Part shown: in pieces, positions 57,701 through 64,000 of the stretch
How positions within the stretch are numbered: the stretch's first letter is position 1
Layout of the letters: every line of letters starts with the position of its first letter
From: Auanema rhodensis
Taxonomy: Eukaryota; Animalia; Nematoda
DNA length: 64,000 bases
Direction: 5' to 3'
Assembly: GCA_964057225.1 (NCBI GenBank)
Contig: OZ059894.1
Location: 24,614,001 to 24,678,000 of the forward strand
Program-made: the position numbers and the translations under genes
The notes under the pieces: model-generated
Database searches by the model: none
Told to the model about the DNA's origin: nothing
What the model saw: only the letters and a program-made list of their open reading frames with translations

Positions 57701-60700
57701 ACTTTGAAATTTACGTGAACTTTAATTTATGCTAATTAAATGTACACGTGATGTGCACTTGGTATGTAACTCTCTTCACGTGAAAGATAAAGAGATGCGG
57801 TTTTCAAAATTAGATTCCCCATGTCCATATTAGTCTAAAAACAAATTTTTATTGATATTGGTTCATGGTAACCATGACTTTGAAATTTACGTGAACTTTA
57901 ATTTATGCTAATTAAATGTACACGTGATGTGCACTTGGTATGTAACTCGCTTCACGTGAAAGATAAAGAGATGCGGTTTTCAAAATTAGATTCCCCATGT
58001 CCATATTAGTCTAAAAACAAATTTTTATTGATATTGGTGCATGGTAACCATGACTTTGAAATTTACGTGAACTTTAATTTATGCTAATTAAATGTACACG
58101 TGATGTGCACTTGGTATGTAACTCGCTTCACGTGAAAGATAAAGAGATGCGGTTTTCAAAATTAGATTCCCCATGTCCATATTAGTCTAAAAACAAATTT
58201 TTATTGATATTGGTGCATGGTAACCATGACTTTGAAATTTACGTGAACTTTAATTTATGCTAATTAAATGTACACGTGATGTGCACTTGGTATGTAACTC
58301 GCTTCACGTGAAAGATAAAGAGATGCGGTTTTCAAAATTAGATTCCCCATGTCCATATTAGTCTAAAAACAAATTTTTATTGATATTGGTGCATGGTAAC
58401 CATGACTTTGAAATTTACGTGAACTTTAATTTATGCTAATTAAATGTACACGTGATGTGCACTTGGTATGTAACTCGCTTCACGTGAAAGATAAAGAGAT
58501 GCGGTTTTCAAAATTAGATTCCCCATGTCCATATTAGTCTAAAAACAAATTTTCATTGATATTGGTTCATGGTAACCATGACTTTGAAATTTACGTGAAC
58601 TTTAATTTATGCTAATTAAATGTACACGTGATGTGCACTTGGTATGTAACTCGCTTCACGTGAAAGATAAAGAGATGCGGTTTTCAAAATTAGATTCCCC
58701 ATGTCCATATTAGTCTAAAAACAAATTTTTATTGATATTGGTGCATGGTAACCATGACTTTGAAATTTACGTGAACTTTAATTTATGCTAATTAAATGTA
58801 CACGTGATGTGCACTTGGTATGTAACTCGCTTCACGTGAAAGATAAAGAGATGCGGTTTTCAAAATTAGATTCCCCATGTCCATATTAGTCTAAAAACAA
58901 ATTTTTATTGATATTGGTTCATGGTAACCATGACTTTGAAATTTACGTGAACTTTAATTTATGCTAATTAAATGTACACGTGATGTGCACTTGGTATGTA
59001 ACTCGCTTCACGTGAAAGATAAAGAGATGCGGTTTTCAAAATTAGATTCCCCATGTCCATATTAGTCTAAAATCAAATTTTTATTGATATTGGTGCATGG
59101 TAACCATGACTTTGAAATTTACGTGAACTTTAATTTATGCTAATTAAATGTACACGTGATGTGCACTTGGTATGTAACTCGCTTCACGTGAAAGATAAAG
59201 AGATGCGGTTTTCAAAATTAGATTCCCCATGTCCATATTAGTCTAAAAACAAATTTTTATTGATATTGGTGCATGGTAACCATGACTTTGAAATTTACGT
59301 GAACTTTAATTTATGCTAATTAAATGTACACGTGATGTGCACTTGGTATGTAACTCGCTTCACGTGAAAGATAAAGAGATGCGGTTTTCAAAATTAGATT
59401 CCCCATGTCCATATTAGTCTAAAAACAAATTTTTATTGATATTGGTTCATGGTAACCATGACTTTGAAATTTACGTGAACTTTAATTTATGCTAATTAAA
59501 TGTACACGTGATGTGCACTTGGTATGTAACTCGCTTCACGTGAAAGATAAAGAGATGCGGTTTTCAAAATTAGATTCCCCATGTCCATATTAGTCTAAAA
59601 ACAAATTTTTATTGATATTGGTGCATGGTAACCATGACTTTGAAATTTACGTGAACTTTAATTTATGCTAATTAAATGTACACGTGATGTGCACTTGGTA
59701 TGTAACTCGCTTCACGTGAAAGATAAAGAGATGCGGTTTTCAAAATTAGATTCCCCATGTCCATATTAGTCTAAAAACAAATTTTTATTGATATTGGTGC
59801 ATGGTAACCATGACTTTGAAATTTACGTGAACTTTAATTTATGCTAATTAAATGTACACGTGATGTGCACTTGGTATGTAACTCGCTTCACGTGAAAGAT
59901 AAAGAGATGCGGTTTTCAAAATTAGATTCCCCATGTCCATATTAGTCTAAAAACAAATTTTTATTGATATTGGTGCATGGTAACCATGACTTTGAAATTT
60001 ACGTGAACTTCAATTTATGCTAATTAAATGTACACGTGATGTGCACTTGGTATGTAACTCGCTTCACGTGAAAGATAAAGAGATGCGGTTTTCAAAATTA
60101 GATTCCCCATGTCCATATTAGTCTAAAAACAAATTTTTATTGATATTGGTGCATGGTAACCATGACTTTGAAATTTACGTGAACTTTAATTTATGCTAAT
60201 TAAATGTACACGTGATGTGCACTTGGTATGTAACTCGCTTCACGTGAAAGATAAAGAGATGCGGTTTTCAAAATTAGATTCCCCATGTCCATATTAGTCT
60301 AAAAACAAATTTTTATTGATATTGGTTCATGGTAACCATGACTTTGAAATTTACGTGAACTTTAATTTATGCTAATTAAATGTACACGTGATGTGCACTT
60401 GGTATGTAACTCGCTTCACGTGAAAGATGAAGAGATGCGGTTTTCAAAATTAGATTCCCCATGTCCATATTAGTCTAAAAACAAATTTTTATTGATATTG
60501 GTGCATGGTAACCATGACTTTGAAATTTACGTGAACTTTAATTTATGCTAATTAAATGTACACGTGATGTGCACTTGGTATGTAACTCGCTTCACGTGAA
60601 AGATAAAGAGATGCGGTTTTCAAAATTAGATTCCCCATGTCCATATTAGTCTAAAAACAAATTTTTATTGATATTGGTGCATGGTAACCATGACTTTGAA

Positions 60701-61294
60701 ATTTACGTGAACTTTAATTTATGCTAATTAAATGTACACGTGATGTGCACTTGGTATGTAACTCGCTTCACGTGAAAAATGAAGAGATGCGGTTTTCAAA
60801 ACTAGATTCCCCATGTCCATATTAGTCTAAAAACAAATTTTTATTGATATTGGTGCATGGTAACCATGACTTTGAAATTTACGTGAACTTTAATTTATGC
60901 TAATTAAATGTACACGTGATGTGCACTTGGTATGTAACTCGCTTCACGTGAAAGATAAAGAGATGCGGTTTTCAAAATTAGATTCCCCATGTCCATATTA
61001 GTCTAAAAACAAATTTTTATTGATATTGGTTCATGGTAACCATGACTTTGAAATTTACGTGAACTTTAATTTATGCTAATTAAATGTACACGTGATGTGC
61101 ACTTGGTATGTAACTCGCTTCACGTGAAAGATAAAGAGATGCGGTTTTCAAAATTAGATTCCCCATGTCCATATTAGTCTAAAAACAAATTTTTATTGAT
61201 ATTGGTTCATGGTAACCATGACTTTGAAATTTACGTGAACTTTAATTTATGCTAATTAAATGTACACGTGATGTGCACTTGGTATGTAACTCGC

Positions 61295-64000
61295 TTCACG
61301 TGAAAGATAAAGAGATGCGGTTTTTAAAATTAGATTCCCCATGTCCATATTAGTCTAAAAGCAAATTTGTATTGATATTGGTGCATGGTAACCATGACTT
61401 TGAAATTTACGTGAACTTTAATTTATGCTAATTAAATGTACACGTGATGTGCACTTGGTATGCAACTCGCTTCACGTGAAAGATAAAGAGATGCGGTTTT
61501 CAAAATTAGATTCCCCATGTCCATATTAGTCTAAAAACAAATTTTTATTGATATTGGTTCATGGTAACCATGACTTTGAAATTTACGTGAACTTTAATTT
61601 ATGCTAATTAAATGTACACGTGATGTGCACTTGGTATGTAACTCGCTTCACGTGAAAGATAAAGAGATGCGGTTTTTAAAATTAGATTCCCCATGTCCAT
61701 ATTAGTCTAAAAACAAATTTTTATTGATATTGGTGCATGGTAACCATGACTTTGAAATTTACGTGAACTTTAATTTATGCTAATTAAATGTACACGTGAT
61801 GTGCACTTGGTATGCAACTCGCTTCACGTGAAAGATAAAGAGATGCGGTTTTCAAAATTAGATTCCCCATGTCCATATTAGTCTAAAAACAAATTTTTAT
61901 TGATATTGGTTCATGGTAACCATGACTTTGAAATTTACGTGAACTTTAATTTATGCTAATTAAATGTACACGTGATGTGCACTTGGTATGTAACTCGCTT
62001 CACGTGAAAGATAAAGAGATGCGGTTTTTAAAATTAGATTCCCCATGTCCATATTAGTCTAAAAGCAAATTTGTATTGATATTGGTGCATGGTAACCATG
62101 ACTTTGAAATTTACGTGAACTTTAATTTATGCTAATTAAATGTACACGTGATGTGCACTTGGTATGCAACTCGCTTCACGTGAAAGATAAAGAGATGCGG
62201 TTTTCAAAATTAGATTCCCCATGTCCATATTAGTCTAAAAACAAATTTTTATTGATATTGGTTCATGGTAACCATGACTTTGAAATTTACGTGAACTTTA
62301 ATTTATGCTAATTAAATGTACACGTGATGTGCACTTGGTATGTAACTCGCTTCACGTGAAAGATAAAGAGATGCGGTTTTTAAAATTAGATTCCCCATGT
62401 CCATATTAGTCTAAAAACAAATTTTTATTGATATTGGTGCATGGTAACCATGACTTTGAAATTTACGTGAACTTTAATTTATGCTAATTAAATGTACACG
62501 TGATGTGCACTTGGTATGCAACTCGCTTCACGTGAAAGATAAAGAGATGCGGTTTTCAAAATTAGATTCCCCATGTCCATATTAGTCTAAAAACAAATTT
62601 TTATTGATATTGGTTCATGGTAACCATGACTTTGAAATTTACGTGAACTTTAATTTATGCTAATTAAATGTACACGTGATGTGCACTTGGTATGTAACTC
62701 GCTTCACGTGAAAGATAAAGAGATGCGGTTTTTAAAATTAGATTCCCCATGTCCATATTAGTCTAAAAACAAATTTTTATTGATATTGGTGCATGGTAAC
62801 CATGACTTTGAAATTTACGTGAACTTTAATTTATGCTAATTAAATGTACACGTGATGTGCACTTGGTATGCAACTCGCTTCACGTGAAAGATAAAGAGAT
62901 GCGGTTTTCAAAATTAGATTCCCCATGTCCATATTAGTCTAAAAACAAATTTTTATTGATATTGGTTCATGGTAACCATGACTTTGAAATTTACGTGAAC
63001 TTTAATTTATGCTAATTAAATGTACACGTGATGTGCACTTGGTATGTAACTCGCTTCACGTGAAAGATAAAGAGATGCGGTTTTTAAAATTAGATTCCCC
63101 ATGTCCATATTAGTCTAAAAACAAATTTTTATTGATATTGGTGCATGGTAACCATGACTTTGAAATTTACGTGAACTTTAATTTATGCTAATTAAATGTA
63201 CACGTGATGTGCACTTGGTATGCAACTCGCTTCACGTGAAAGATAAAGAGATGCGGTTTTCAAAATTAGATTCCCCATGTCCATATTAGTCTAAAAACAA
63301 ATTTTTATTGATATTGGTTCATGGTAACCATGACTTTGAAATTTACGTGAACTTTAATTTATGCTAATTAAATGTACACGTGATGTGCACTTGGTATGTA
63401 ACTCGCTTCACGTGAAAGATAAAGAGATGCGGTTTTTAAAATTAGATTCCCCATGTCCATATTAGTCTAAAAACAAATTTTTATTGATATTGGTGCATGG
63501 TAACCATGACTTTGAAATTTACGTGAACTTTAATTTATGCTAATTAAATGTACACGTGATGTGCACTTGGTATGCAACTCGCTTCACGTGAAAGATAAAG
63601 AGATGCGGTTTTCAAAATTAGATTCCCCATGTCCATATTAGTCTAAAAACAAATTTTTATTGATATTGGTTCATGGTAACCATGACTTTGAAATTTACGT
63701 GAACTTTAATTTATGCTAATTAAATGTACACGTGATGTGCACTTGGTATGTAACTCGCTTCACGTGAAAGATAAAGAGATGCGGTTTTTAAAATTAGATT
63801 CCCCATGTCCATATTAGTCTAAAAACAAATTTTTATTGATATTGGTTCATGGTAACCATGACTTTGAAATTTACGTGAACTTTAATTTATGCTAATTAAA
63901 TGTACACGTGATGTGCACTTGGTATGTAACTCGCTTCACGTGAAAGATAAAGAGATGCGGTTTTTAAAATTAGATTCCCCATGTCCATATTAGTCTAAAA
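61295..64000. repeat. Regular dimeric (352 bp) higher-order repeat
   Basis: C31T (GGTTTTTAAAA) recurs every 352 bp from 61321 to 63785. It is linked to G89 and T169C (TATGCAACT) in seven copies, alternating with consensus T89 monomers. Confidence 0.92.

Larger units (their letters stand above)
1..64000. repeat. Tandem satellite DNA array, 176-bp monomer, about 364 copies, candidate centromeric/pericentromeric satellite; open at both window ends
   Basis: The monomer start TTCAC(G)TGAA recurs at 1, 177, 353, 2641 (=1+15x176) and 31153 (=1+177x176). After accounting for seven indels the phase holds to 63935. Most monomers differ from consensus by 0-4 substitutions. The centromeric role is inferred only from length, AT content and homogeneity. 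Confidence 0.99.

Noticed and set aside
1-64000. CRISPR array
   Set aside because: There are no unique spacers; the entire 176-bp unit is repeated and no cas genes are present.

Overview
The whole 64 kb window is one uninterrupted, head-to-tail, single-orientation satellite DNA array of a 176-bp AT-rich monomer, about 364 copies, about 32% GC by hand count. Consensus: TTCACGTGAAAGATAAAGAGATGCGGTTTTCAAAATTAGATTCCCCATGTCCATATTAGTCTAAAAACAAATTTTTATTGATATTGGT[T/G]CATGGTAACCATGACTTTGAAATTTACGTGAACTTTAATTTATGCTAATTAAATGTACACGTGATGTGCACTTGGTATGTAACTCGC. I see no genes, RNA genes, transposon insertions, inversions or CRISPR arrays; the single ORF is a by-product of repeat variants. Monomer length, high homogeneity and dense dyad symmetry fit a eukaryotic centromeric or pericentromeric satellite. 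That is an inference, and I cannot name the organism or family. The informative structure is in the variants. (i) Many local higher-order repeats and block duplications have periods of 2, 3, 5, 7, 8, 12, 14, 28 and about 40 monomers. (ii) Two variant domains (left about 1-34 kb, right about 39.6-64 kb) are separated by a singleton-rich zone and an indel cluster (34-40 kb). (iii) There are only seven phase-changing indels: +1, +1, -99 (or +77), +2, -60, +1 and +24 bp. (iv) The monomer is rich in palindromes and E-box-like motifs. Variant positions below are numbered from the first T of TTCACGTGAA.
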